Shown: positions 9,603-16,723, numbered from the stretch's first letter. The stretch is 19,793 bases of DNA from Vulcanimicrobiaceae bacterium (GCA_046262595.1 JBHEMM010000039.1:1-19793), one strand, 5' to 3'. The notes: generated from the letters alone by a model not told the origin. Made by a program: numbers and translations.

Positions 9603-9956
9603 CTATCGAACGAGTTCGATAACCGATAATTCGGCGGCGTCGCCGGGGCGCACGCGCGTTTTCGTGATGCGCGTGTAGCCGCCGCTGCGGTCCTTGAGCG
9701 CCGGCGCGATTTGCTCGACCAGCTTCTTCACGACCGCGGGTTCGGTCAGATACTCCGCGATTTGCCGGCGCGCGTGCAGGTCGCCGCGCGAAGCGGTGGT
9801 GATCAGACGCTCGACCACCTTACTGATCTCCTTGGCCTTGGTCGAAGTGGTCTCGATTTTCTCGTGTTTGAAGAACGAGGTCGCAAGGTTGCGCAGAAGC
9901 GCCTTGCGGTGCCCGTCGGTGCGGGAAAGTCGTTTGTAAGCGATTTGATGCGGCAT
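9603..9956 (-). CDS. rplQ: 50S ribosomal protein L17
   Basis: LSRTDGHRKALLRNLA, IETTSTKAKE, ERLIT, GGYTRI and RPGDAA; lies directly after rpoA. Confidence 0.97.
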   Translation of the reverse strand: MPHQIAYKRLSRTDGHRKALLRNLATSFFKHEKIETTSTKAKEISKVVERLITTASRGDLHARRQIAEYLTEPAVVKKLVEQIAPALKDRSGGYTRITKTRVRPGDAAELSVIELVR

Positions 9957-9968
9957 TGAAATCTCGCG

Positions 9969-10895
9969 CTACGGCTGGCGCAGCGAGAGTCCCCTCTCTT
10001 CCAAAACTTGTTTGATTTCGTCGAGCGACTTCTTGCCGAAGTTACGCATCTTGATAATTTCGTCTTCAGTCATATCGAGCAACTCGGAGACCTTGGAGAT
10101 GCCCGCGCGTTTCAAGCAGTTGAACGAGCGAACCGAAAGATTGAGCGATTCCACCGGAATATCCCACTCGCTCGCCGGCGCGGCGGCAACCGGCTTTTCC
10201 TCGTTGGTAAAATTGACGAACAGATCGAGCTGGTCTTGCATAATCGTCGCCGCGGTCGAGAGCGCTTCGTCCGGCGTAACGGATCCGTTGGTTTCCATCT
10301 CCACGGTGAGGCGATCGTAATCGACGTTTTGGCCGACGCGCGTATCATCCACGCTGAAGTTCACCTTGCGGATCGGTGAGAAAATCGAATCGAGCGGGAT
10401 CAGCCCAATCATATGCTCCACGTTGCGCTGGCGATCCGCCGTGACGTAGCCGCGGCCTTGTTCGATGCCGATTTCCATTGAGAGCTTGGCGCTCTTCGAG
10501 GTGAGCGTCGCAATGTGGTAGCCCGGATCCAGAATCTCGACGTCCCCGTCCGGCACGATGTCGGCCGCGGTGACTTCGCGCTCGCCGCTCACGTTGAGGG
10601 TGAGCACTTTGGGTTCGTCGGAATTGAGTTTGACCGGAAGGCCTTTGAGGTTGAGCATCAGCGCGATCGTGTCTTCGACCAGCCCGGGGATGGTCGAGAA
10701 CTCGTGCAGCACGCCGTCGATCTTCATGTATGTAACGGCGGCTCCCGGAATGGAGCTGAGTAAAATGCGCCGCAGCGCGTTGCCCAGGGTAATGCCGAAG
10801 CCGCGCTCGAGCGGCTCGATGATGAACTTGGCATAATTCTCACGCCGCTCGCGGACTTCGATATTGGATCCGGTGGGCGAATCAAGGACGGTCAT
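9969..10895 (-). CDS. rpoA: RNA polymerase alpha subunit
   Basis: EPLERGFGITLGNALRRILLSSIPG, VLHEFSTIPG, LSVRSFNCLKRAGI and RNFGKKSLDEI. Confidence 0.98.
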   Translation of the reverse strand: MTVLDSPTGSNIEVRERRENYAKFIIEPLERGFGITLGNALRRILLSSIPGAAVTYMKIDGVLHEFSTIPGLVEDTIALMLNLKGLPVKLNSDEPKVLTLNVSGEREVTAADIVPDGDVEILDPGYHIATLTSKSAKLSMEIGIEQGRGYVTADRQRNVEHMIGLIPLDSIFSPIRKVNFSVDDTRVGQNVDYDRLTVEMETNGSVTPDEALSTAATIMQDQLDLFVNFTNEEKPVAAAPASEWDIPVESLNLSVRSFNCLKRAGISKVSELLDMTEDEIIKMRNFGKKSLDEIKQVLEERGLSLRQP

Positions 10896-10932
10896 GTGTT
10901 CTTCTGTTTCCTTTGTGGCCTCTTACGTTATC

Positions 10933-10953
10933 CGCAAGAACACCGTTCTTGCG
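10933..10953 (-). other. Hairpin in the rpsD-rpoA spacer
   Basis: CGCAAGAAC-GGT-GTTCTTGCG: 9-bp perfect stem with a 3-nt loop and no U-tract. Confidence 0.6.
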
Positions 10954-10984
10954 ATCGCACGCCTAGAGGCGGGGTGGCGGGTTA

Positions 10985-11644
10985 TTAGCGGCTGTAGTAT
11001 TCGACGATAAGCTGCTCGTCGACCGGAGTGTCGATTTGCTCGCGGCTTGGCAGCTGCACGATGCGCGCGGTTTGTTCGCCGTCGTTCCATTCCAGCCACT
11101 CGGGTGCGCGGCGGTTTTTCGCCACTTCGAAATTCGCTTCAAAAATCGTCGACTTCTTGCTGTTCTCACCGATCGTGATCACATCGCCCGACTTCACGAT
11201 GAACGACGGAATATTCACCAGACGTCCGTTCACGCGGAAATGCCGGTGCGTCACGAGCTGGCGCGCCTGCGCGCGGCTGTTCGCGAGATTCAAGCGATAG
11301 ATGACGTTGTCCAAACGACGCTCGAGCAGCTGCAGAAACGTGCGCCCGGTTTGTCCGGGGACGCGTGCAGCTTCACGGAAATAATTCTCGAACTGCGTTT
11401 CGTGCACGCCGTAGTAACGGCGCATCTTCTGCTTCTCGCGCAGCTGGCGCCCATATTCGGAGATCTTCTGACGCGTGGGTTTACCTTGCGTCTTCTGACC
11501 CGGCGCGGTGCCGCGGCGTTCGACGGCGCACTTTTTAGAAAGGCAGCGGTCGCCCTTCAGAAACAGCTTGATCTTCTCGCCCATTTTGTTGGATGCCGTT
11601 TCGCGGCGGCAAAGGCGGCAGACCGGTCCCGTATATCGTGACAT
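10985..11644 (-). CDS. rpsD: 30S ribosomal protein S4 (zinc-ribbon type)
   Basis: MSRYTGPVCRLCRRE, KLFLKG, SEYGRQLREKQK, LERRLDNV, QARQLVTH and EQLIVEYYSR. Confidence 0.98.
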   Translation of the reverse strand: MSRYTGPVCRLCRRETASNKMGEKIKLFLKGDRCLSKKCAVERRGTAPGQKTQGKPTRQKISEYGRQLREKQKMRRYYGVHETQFENYFREAARVPGQTGRTFLQLLERRLDNVIYRLNLANSRAQARQLVTHRHFRVNGRLVNIPSFIVKSGDVITIGENSKKSTIFEANFEVAKNRRAPEWLEWNDGEQTARIVQLPSREQIDTPVDEQLIVEYYSR

Positions 11645-11666
11645 AAATTGAAATGCTCTCTCTTGG

Positions 11667-12062
11667 TTACACGCGGCGCCGTTTTGGCGGACGGCAGCCG
11701 TTATGCGGAATCGGCGTTACATCTTTGATGAGGGTTATTTCAAGGCCGGCGGCCTGCAGCGAACGGATCGCCGCTTCGCGACCGGCGCCCGGGCCTTTGA
11801 CCAACACTTCGGTCGACTTCATTCCGTGCTCCATCGCTTTGCGCGCGACGGACTCCGCGGCCATCTGCGCGGCGAACGGCGTCGATTTCTTGCTTCCCTT
11901 GAAGCCCAGATTTCCGGCCGACGCCCATGCGAGGACGTTGCCCATGTTGTCCGACATCGAGACAATCGTGTTGTTGAACGAGGCGTGAATGTGCGCAACG
12001 CCCGATTGAACGTTCTTAAATTCACGCTTTTTGCGTGTTTTGGCCTGTTTCTTCGCTGCCAT
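11667..12062 (-). CDS. rpsK: 30S ribosomal protein S11
   Basis: [36 protein letters not shown] and [18 protein letters not shown]. Start ATG 12062 (MAAKK). Confidence 0.97.
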   Translation of the reverse strand: MAAKKQAKTRKKREFKNVQSGVAHIHASFNNTIVSMSDNMGNVLAWASAGNLGFKGSKKSTPFAAQMAAESVARKAMEHGMKSTEVLVKGPGAGREAAIRSLQAAGLEITLIKDVTPIPHNGCRPPKRRRV

Positions 12063-12241
12063 CGGTCCCCAAAGTGTTTCTTTATCCTGGCCGCTCAACG
12101 AGAACGGTGTCGTCGCCTCGACTGATCAATGGTGAAACCATCGCTTCATCTGATACGCGGGTCCGCGGCGAGAGGATCCGGGCTGCGCTCGTGCGGCTAA
12201 AGCACTGCGCGGCACGCCCGAAGAGAGATGACGGGCGCCAA
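12063..12241 (-). ncRNA. Candidate structured cis-regulatory leader of rpsK-rpsD-rpoA-rplQ (family not recognised)
   Basis: About 180 nt between the predicted TSS and the rpsK ATG, with five hand-folded hairpins: 12214-12238, 12185-12210, 12158-12180, 12127-12143 and 12096-12115. Confidence 0.5.
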
Positions 12242-12247
12242 GGCGTT

Positions 12248-12276
12248 ATTCTACCGGAGCCGGCCGCCCGGGTCAA
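12248..12276 (-). promoter_or_regulatory. sigma70-type promoter for rpsK-rpsD-rpoA-rplQ(-trp)
   Basis: TTGACC (12276-12271), 17 nt, TAGAAT (12253-12248): near-consensus with optimal spacing. Confidence 0.8.
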
Positions 12277-12388
12277 GCCCATTTGTGTCACCCGAGATCG
12301 AAGCACCGACGGCTCACACGGACCGCTGAAATGCTTCGCCCGGCGAAACCGCTTGCATGCTTCGACCAGCCCAGCAGACCGCTCGCAC

Positions 12389-12425
12389 AAAAAGGCAAGG
12401 GCCCCGGCCGAAGCCGGAGCCCTTG
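12389..12425 (-). terminator. Intrinsic terminator after the outer-membrane protein gene
   Basis: CAAGGGCUCCGGC-UUCG-GCCGGGGCCCUUG: 13-bp stem with a C(UUCG)G tetraloop, then CCUUUUUGU. Confidence 0.8.
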
Positions 12426-12472
12426 TTCCCGATCTGTTAGCCTGCGCGATCCGCGGGGGCCGAAGGCCGGGA

Positions 12473-12507
12473 GGCGTGGAGCGCGAAGCGCGCATACGCC
12501 TTTTTTT
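12473..12507 (+). terminator. Plus-strand terminator-like hairpin at the 3' end of the OMP gene
   Basis: GGCGT..GCGCG-AAG-CGCGC..ACGCC followed by T7 on the plus strand. Confidence 0.4.
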
Positions 12508-13903
12508 AGAAGTGAATGCCTAACCCAATGTACGGGCCATTGTGCGTGACATCCGACGGAGCGTTGGTCTTGTTATTCAGGCGGTCGCCCAAATAGCCGA
12601 AGTCCAGGAACACGCCGCCCGGGGTACCAAAGTTCAGCGCGCCGCCGATTTGGTACTTGAGCATGCGGTACGAGAGATCGAACGGGCCCGTGGGGCAAAC
12701 CGTTACATCACACGTGCCTTTGATGCTCGGGTAATAGTACGCGCTGCCGTACAGCGAGAACGGTTTGTCGAGGTCGGGCAGTTTTTCAAGCCCGAAGCCA
12801 ACACCGGTTTGACGCGGATAGCCGTAGTTGCTGCTGCGCCACAGGTAGCCCACGCCGACGTAGATGCGCGGTTCTGCGATGCGCAGGCCAACGCGTGCGT
12901 CGATGTCGCGATCGCGGCCGATGAACGCCGGCACATACGTGGAGCCGGCACCGCCGATGACCGTAACGTTACACTGGGAACCCGCCGGAGCAGGAGCCAA
13001 GTCGGAACAGTTGTGCGCGAACGCGTAGTTGCGGAAGTCGCCTGCGACCATCCAGGGCAAGTTGAACAGATTGAACTCGAGTGCACCGCGAAGCGCGTAC
13101 GAGCCGCCCTTCTGACGGTTGCCCGGGCTGAACTCGTTATAGACCTGCGGGTTGAACAGGTAGTCGCCCGCGATGAAGTGGTCCTGATACGGCGCTGCGG
13201 CCGGAGCAGGCGTCGCGGTAGCTGCCGGCGTCGTCGGCGTCGGTGCGGTGACCGGAGCCGGCGGCGGAGTCGGCGGTGCGTAACGCACGACGACGACGTG
13301 CTGATCGGGAACCCATTGAACGTATGCGCCCATGCCCTCGGAAATGACGCGCACCGGGACCAGAATCTGGCCGCGGTACATCATCGGGGGCACATCCAGC
13401 GGACGCGTCTCGCCGTTGATCGTGACTTCCGCTTTCCCGAGCGTCACTTTGACGTCGGAGCCCGGTTTGGTCACGTCGACGGTACGCGTTGCCGGATCGA
13501 ACGCAACGGTTGCGCCCATTTGTTCGAACATCGAACGCAGGGGCACGAGGATCGTTCCGCCGCGCACGAGCGCAGCAAGAACGCGCCCTTGCCTAAGGAC
13601 ATCGGGTTTTGCATACACGTGGTGATCGTTGAACAAGATCGGCACTGTGCCCGAGGGCGGCGCACCGAATTGCATCGGCGGAGCCGATACGGTGTTGGTC
13701 GTTGTCGGGGTCGTTGTCGGGGTCGTTGTCGAAGCCGGTGCCGTCGTTGCGGCGGCAGCCGGAGATGCGCTTGGCGTAGCCTGCGCGATCACGTTGTGTC
13801 CTACGTTTCCAAGTGATGCGTGACTTGCCGGAGCAGCGACTGCAGTGAGCCCTAGACCAGCTGCGATCAGCGTGGCCAAGAGTGCGGTGCTCAGTCGATT
13901 CAA
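12506..13903 (-). CDS. Secreted protein: signal peptide, Thr/Pro linker, copper amine oxidase-like N-terminal (stalk) domain and probable C-terminal outer-membrane beta-barrel
   Basis: TTG start with AGGAGG. Hydrophobic signal peptide; ILVPLRSMFEQMGATVAFD and LDVPPMMYRGQILVPVRVISEGMGAYVQW typical of the Cu-amine-oxidase N-terminal domain; alternating aromatic/Gly strands ending YIGLGIHF. Confidence 0.75.
   Translation of the reverse strand: MNRLSTALLATLIAAGLGLTAVAAPASHASLGNVGHNVIAQATPSASPAAAATTAPASTTTPTTTPTTTNTVSAPPMQFGAPPSGTVPILFNDHHVYAKPDVLRQGRVLAALVRGGTILVPLRSMFEQMGATVAFDPATRTVDVTKPGSDVKVTLGKAEVTINGETRPLDVPPMMYRGQILVPVRVISEGMGAYVQWVPDQHVVVVRYAPPTPPPAPVTAPTPTTPAATATPAPAAAPYQDHFIAGDYLFNPQVYNEFSPGNRQKGGSYALRGALEFNLFNLPWMVAGDFRNYAFAHNCSDLAPAPAGSQCNVTVIGGAGSTYVPAFIGRDRDIDARVGLRIAEPRIYVGVGYLWRSSNYGYPRQTGVGFGLEKLPDLDKPFSLYGSAYYYPSIKGTCDVTVCPTGPFDLSYRMLKYQIGGALNFGTPGGVFLDFGYLGDRLNNKTNAPSDVTHNGPYIGLGIHF
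13697..13731. repeat. 12-nt tandem repeat (about 3 copies) encoding the TTTP linker
   Basis: GGTCGTTGTCGG at 13697 and 13709, with a truncated copy at 13721; in frame. Confidence 0.85.
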
Positions 13904-13920
13904 ATTAAATGCCTCCTAAT

Positions 13921-13950
13921 AATACTGGGGCATGAGCCCTAGGCAGTATT
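13921..13950. promoter_or_regulatory. Inverted repeat/hairpin upstream of the OMP ribosome-binding site
   Basis: AATACTG (13921-13927) and CAGTATT (13944-13950) enclose GGGC-ATGA-GCCC. Confidence 0.45.
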
Positions 13951-13966
13951 CCCAGGTTCGGCGCTC

Positions 13967-15142
13967 CTAAAGCGGGAGCGGTAACCCGGGTAGACGCCAT
14001 ATCCAGGCCACGCCACCCAACACCTCAACGCAAGAAAGCACAAAAGCGATGCGCCCGGCGAAATTATTTTGCAAACCAGGCAAGCAGCCGATAGCCAGAG
14101 TGGCGAGGGTCGGTGCCGCCACCTGAGCGAGCAGGAGCGCGAGGTTCCACACACCGAGTGCCGTTGCCGCGTGCGCCCGCGGCACGAAGCGGCAGCCGAG
14201 CGCCCAGTCGGCGGTAAGGAAGATGCCCCATCCGCCGCCGGCAAGCGCTGCCGCCAGCGCCATGCCGGGCCATGTCTGCCGCGTCACCAGCAGTGCAATG
14301 CTTGCCGCAAAAATGCCGCCGCCGATGCTCACCAGCGCCCGCCGATCCCAGCGGTCGGCCGCACGCGCGCAAAGGGCCGCTCCGGCGGCACCTGCGGCCG
14401 TCACGATGAGCAGCAGATAACCCGTCTGCGATCGCGCCGCCGGTTTCCCTAGCACTTCTTGCATGAAGAAAAACACATAACCCAGCAGGGTGTAGAATCC
14501 CACATACATCAGCGTGCGGGAAAGGAAGAGGTCGACGTAAGCGCGGTTCGCAGGCAAGCGGTCCTGCGGCTGCAGCGCCGGCGGCTTGAGCCCTTGCGTA
14601 TATGTTGCCGTTACGGCGCACGTGATGAGCAGCCCGGCGATAAGCAGCGCGGCGACCGCTCGGGCGTTGGCGACGAGTGAGGCGGCGATTGCTCCGGCGG
14701 CGTTACCGGCACTTTGGAGGCCCGCCATCCAGGACGAAGCCGCGCCCGCGCGTTCGTCGGTGACAAAATCCGGAATGACTGCTTGGTACGGGCCAACCGC
14801 CAGATTCATGCCGATCTGCACGAACAGCACCGCCGCGAAGAGTTGGGCGTATGAAGCGGCGGTGTAAAACCAAAAAATCGCAGCCGATGCGACCAGCGTA
14901 CCTGCGGCATAAAACGGTGCGCGCGTCCGCAGACGGTCCGAGGCAAAGCCGGCGCCGATCTGCGTGAAGCCGGCTGCAATTGCGCCCGACGATGCGAGCA
15001 GCGCGTACGCGCCCAGTTCCCATCCCGGAGCGATCTGCGCCGAGCGCGCCTGCATCGAAACGCCGAGCAGCGCTGCCCAGACCGCTTGAACGCCGAACCA
15101 AAATACGCCGAGGCGCGCAGCGTCAGGCGTGCGCCGCTGCAT
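13967..15142 (-). CDS. MFS transporter
   Basis: Many hydrophobic helices, GFASDRLRTRAPF and ADRWDRR motif-A-like loops, and PYQAVIPD. Start ATG 15142 overlaps the upstream gene by 20 nt. Confidence 0.85.
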   Translation of the reverse strand: MQRRTPDAARLGVFWFGVQAVWAALLGVSMQARSAQIAPGWELGAYALLASSGAIAAGFTQIGAGFASDRLRTRAPFYAAGTLVASAAIFWFYTAASYAQLFAAVLFVQIGMNLAVGPYQAVIPDFVTDERAGAASSWMAGLQSAGNAAGAIAASLVANARAVAALLIAGLLITCAVTATYTQGLKPPALQPQDRLPANRAYVDLFLSRTLMYVGFYTLLGYVFFFMQEVLGKPAARSQTGYLLLIVTAAGAAGAALCARAADRWDRRALVSIGGGIFAASIALLVTRQTWPGMALAAALAGGGWGIFLTADWALGCRFVPRAHAATALGVWNLALLLAQVAAPTLATLAIGCLPGLQNNFAGRIAFVLSCVEVLGGVAWIWRLPGLPLPL

Positions 15143-15860
15143 ACCGGTATTCGGGGAGGTTGTCCACGTCGTACGCAAGCTCGGGGCTCGCGCCGCGAAC
15201 CGCGCACGCGGGAATGCCGAGCAGGCGCTGCGCGTGCGTCTCCGCATGCCGCACGCTCAAGCGTCCGAGCAGAAAACGCAGCAGCAAAGGGAGCCCGGCA
15301 AGCCGCACCATGTGCACCGGGCGTTTGCGCGCGTCGAACAATTTTACCGAGAGGCCCTCGATCAGCGGCCCCGCGCCGGACGGAATGGCGAACACGCCGC
15401 CGTTCACGACCTTTTCGCCGTCAAGCGTTATACCGAACGGCGGCGCACCGGGAAACCGCCGCACGAAATCCGCATGTTCGGTAAGCGGAACCGCCAGCGA
15501 ATCCGGCGGCACGCGGCGCAAGAACTCTTGCAGCGGACGCGTCCCGATGTACGGCATGTCGCTGGTAAGATAAAGCAAAGGCGATTCCGGTCCCCACGCA
15601 CGCAGCGCAAGCCGCTGATTCGCCGCGCCGTTTGCCGTTTCGGGAATAAACCGCTCAATGCGCGCGGCTGTCAACTGCCGCGCTTGGGCGCCGCCTACGA
15701 CCGCGATTCGCTCCACGCCTGCGCCGCGCAAGCTCTCTATCGCCGCTTCGAGCATCGTCGTGCCGCGAATGCGCGCGAGCGCTTTCACGTCCGTTCCAAT
15801 GGCCGCGGCGAACGGTCCGTCCACGCGGCCGCCCGCAGTAATAACCGCGCAGTACGTCAA
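15123..15860 (-). CDS. MobA-like NTP transferase (nucleotidyltransferase) family protein
   Basis: AVITAGG, KALARIRG, TSDMPYI and C-terminal AYDVD. The TTG start overlaps the DUF72 TGA stop. Confidence 0.8.
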   Translation of the reverse strand: MTYCAVITAGGRVDGPFAAAIGTDVKALARIRGTTMLEAAIESLRGAGVERIAVVGGAQARQLTAARIERFIPETANGAANQRLALRAWGPESPLLYLTSDMPYIGTRPLQEFLRRVPPDSLAVPLTEHADFVRRFPGAPPFGITLDGEKVVNGGVFAIPSGAGPLIEGLSVKLFDARKRPVHMVRLAGLPLLLRFLLGRLSVRHAETHAQRLLGIPACAVRGASPELAYDVDNLPEYRYAAAHA

Positions 15861-16702
15861 TCGAACAGGCCGGGCTGCTCGGGTAAACGAACTTTCGGCC
15901 GCGCGAGGGGCGCGCCCGGTCCGTAGCGCGCTTGCAGCATCTCGAGCAGTGTTCCGGCATTTCGCGCTGCATTGCCCCGCGCGTGATTATTGAAAAAGGC
16001 GTACGTTGCTTCAATGCGTTCGTCGATTTCGGCGATGCGGTCGGTCCACGGAGCCAGCTCTTCGGGCGAGTAGTCGTAGTCGTACCGCGTCGTGTTATCG
16101 CCCGTCCACCACTGCGCGGAATTGCGTCCGTGAAAGCGCACGTAGCCCGCAACGCCCGTCACGTCGGAACTGGGATGCATGAGTGTTTCGTATGACGGCA
16201 TGTCGACGTTGCACCAACCCGCATTCATCTCCGTGAGCAGCTCGAACGTCTGCGGCGTTTGCCACTCGCGGTTGCGGAATTCAACGACGAGCGGCAGCGG
16301 CTCGAGCGCTGCGAGCATCGCCCGGAGGTGACGGCGCGTTTCGGCGTTCGGGCGGAATCCGTTGGGCAGTTGGACGAGCGCGGCGCCGAACTTTTTTGCG
16401 GCCGCGATGGGGAGCACGCTTTCAACGAACGTTTTAGCATCCGTGTGCACGGCGCCCGAAGCAGCGGCCGTATGCGTCACTGTTTGCGGTACTTTGAAGC
16501 AGAAGCGGAACTCCGAAGGCGTAACCTTGAGCAGGCGCGCAACGGTTTGCGGCGCCGGTACGCCGTAGAACGACGAATCGATTTCGACGGCTGAAAAATG
16601 TGCGGAATAGAACGGCAGCATCTCGCTGCCGCGCGCCGTCGCGGGATAAAACGTTCCCAGCCAATCCTTGTAAGAAAAGCCGCATGTCCCGACGTAAATC
16701 AC
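15857..16702 (-). CDS. DUF72 (YecE-like) domain protein
   Basis: IYVGTCGFSYKDWLGTFYP, AVEIDSSFY, FCFKVPQTVTH, LVQLP, VEFRNREW, YVRFHGRN, RYDYDYS and FFNNH. GTG start at 16702 behind GAAAGGGG. Confidence 0.9.
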   Translation of the reverse strand: MIYVGTCGFSYKDWLGTFYPATARGSEMLPFYSAHFSAVEIDSSFYGVPAPQTVARLLKVTPSEFRFCFKVPQTVTHTAAASGAVHTDAKTFVESVLPIAAAKKFGAALVQLPNGFRPNAETRRHLRAMLAALEPLPLVVEFRNREWQTPQTFELLTEMNAGWCNVDMPSYETLMHPSSDVTGVAGYVRFHGRNSAQWWTGDNTTRYDYDYSPEELAPWTDRIAEIDERIEATYAFFNNHARGNAARNAGTLLEMLQARYGPGAPLARPKVRLPEQPGLFD

Positions 16703-16723
16703 CGTGCCCCTTTCTTCGCGCGC

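Noticed and set aside
12322..12387. Possible mini-CRISPR array
   Set aside because: Repeats are short and degenerate with a 26-30-nt period, no spacer-sized gaps and no cas genes.
12035..12549. ORFs in the OMP-rpsK intergenic region (12035-12523 +, 12082-12495 -, 12283-12549 +)
   Set aside because: They run through terminators, the promoter and the structured leader, and show no protein-like motifs.
13697..13731. Tandem repeat as a phase-variation switch
   Set aside because: The 12-nt unit is in frame, so copy-number change would only alter linker length.
1170..15860. Kinase plus NTP transferase as an AmgK/MurU-like sugar salvage pair
   Set aside because: They are about 13 kb apart in different transcription units, and nothing in the sequence links them.
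12506..16702. Four-gene insert as a mobile element or genomic island
   Set aside because: No integrase, transposase, att-like repeats or obvious compositional shift.
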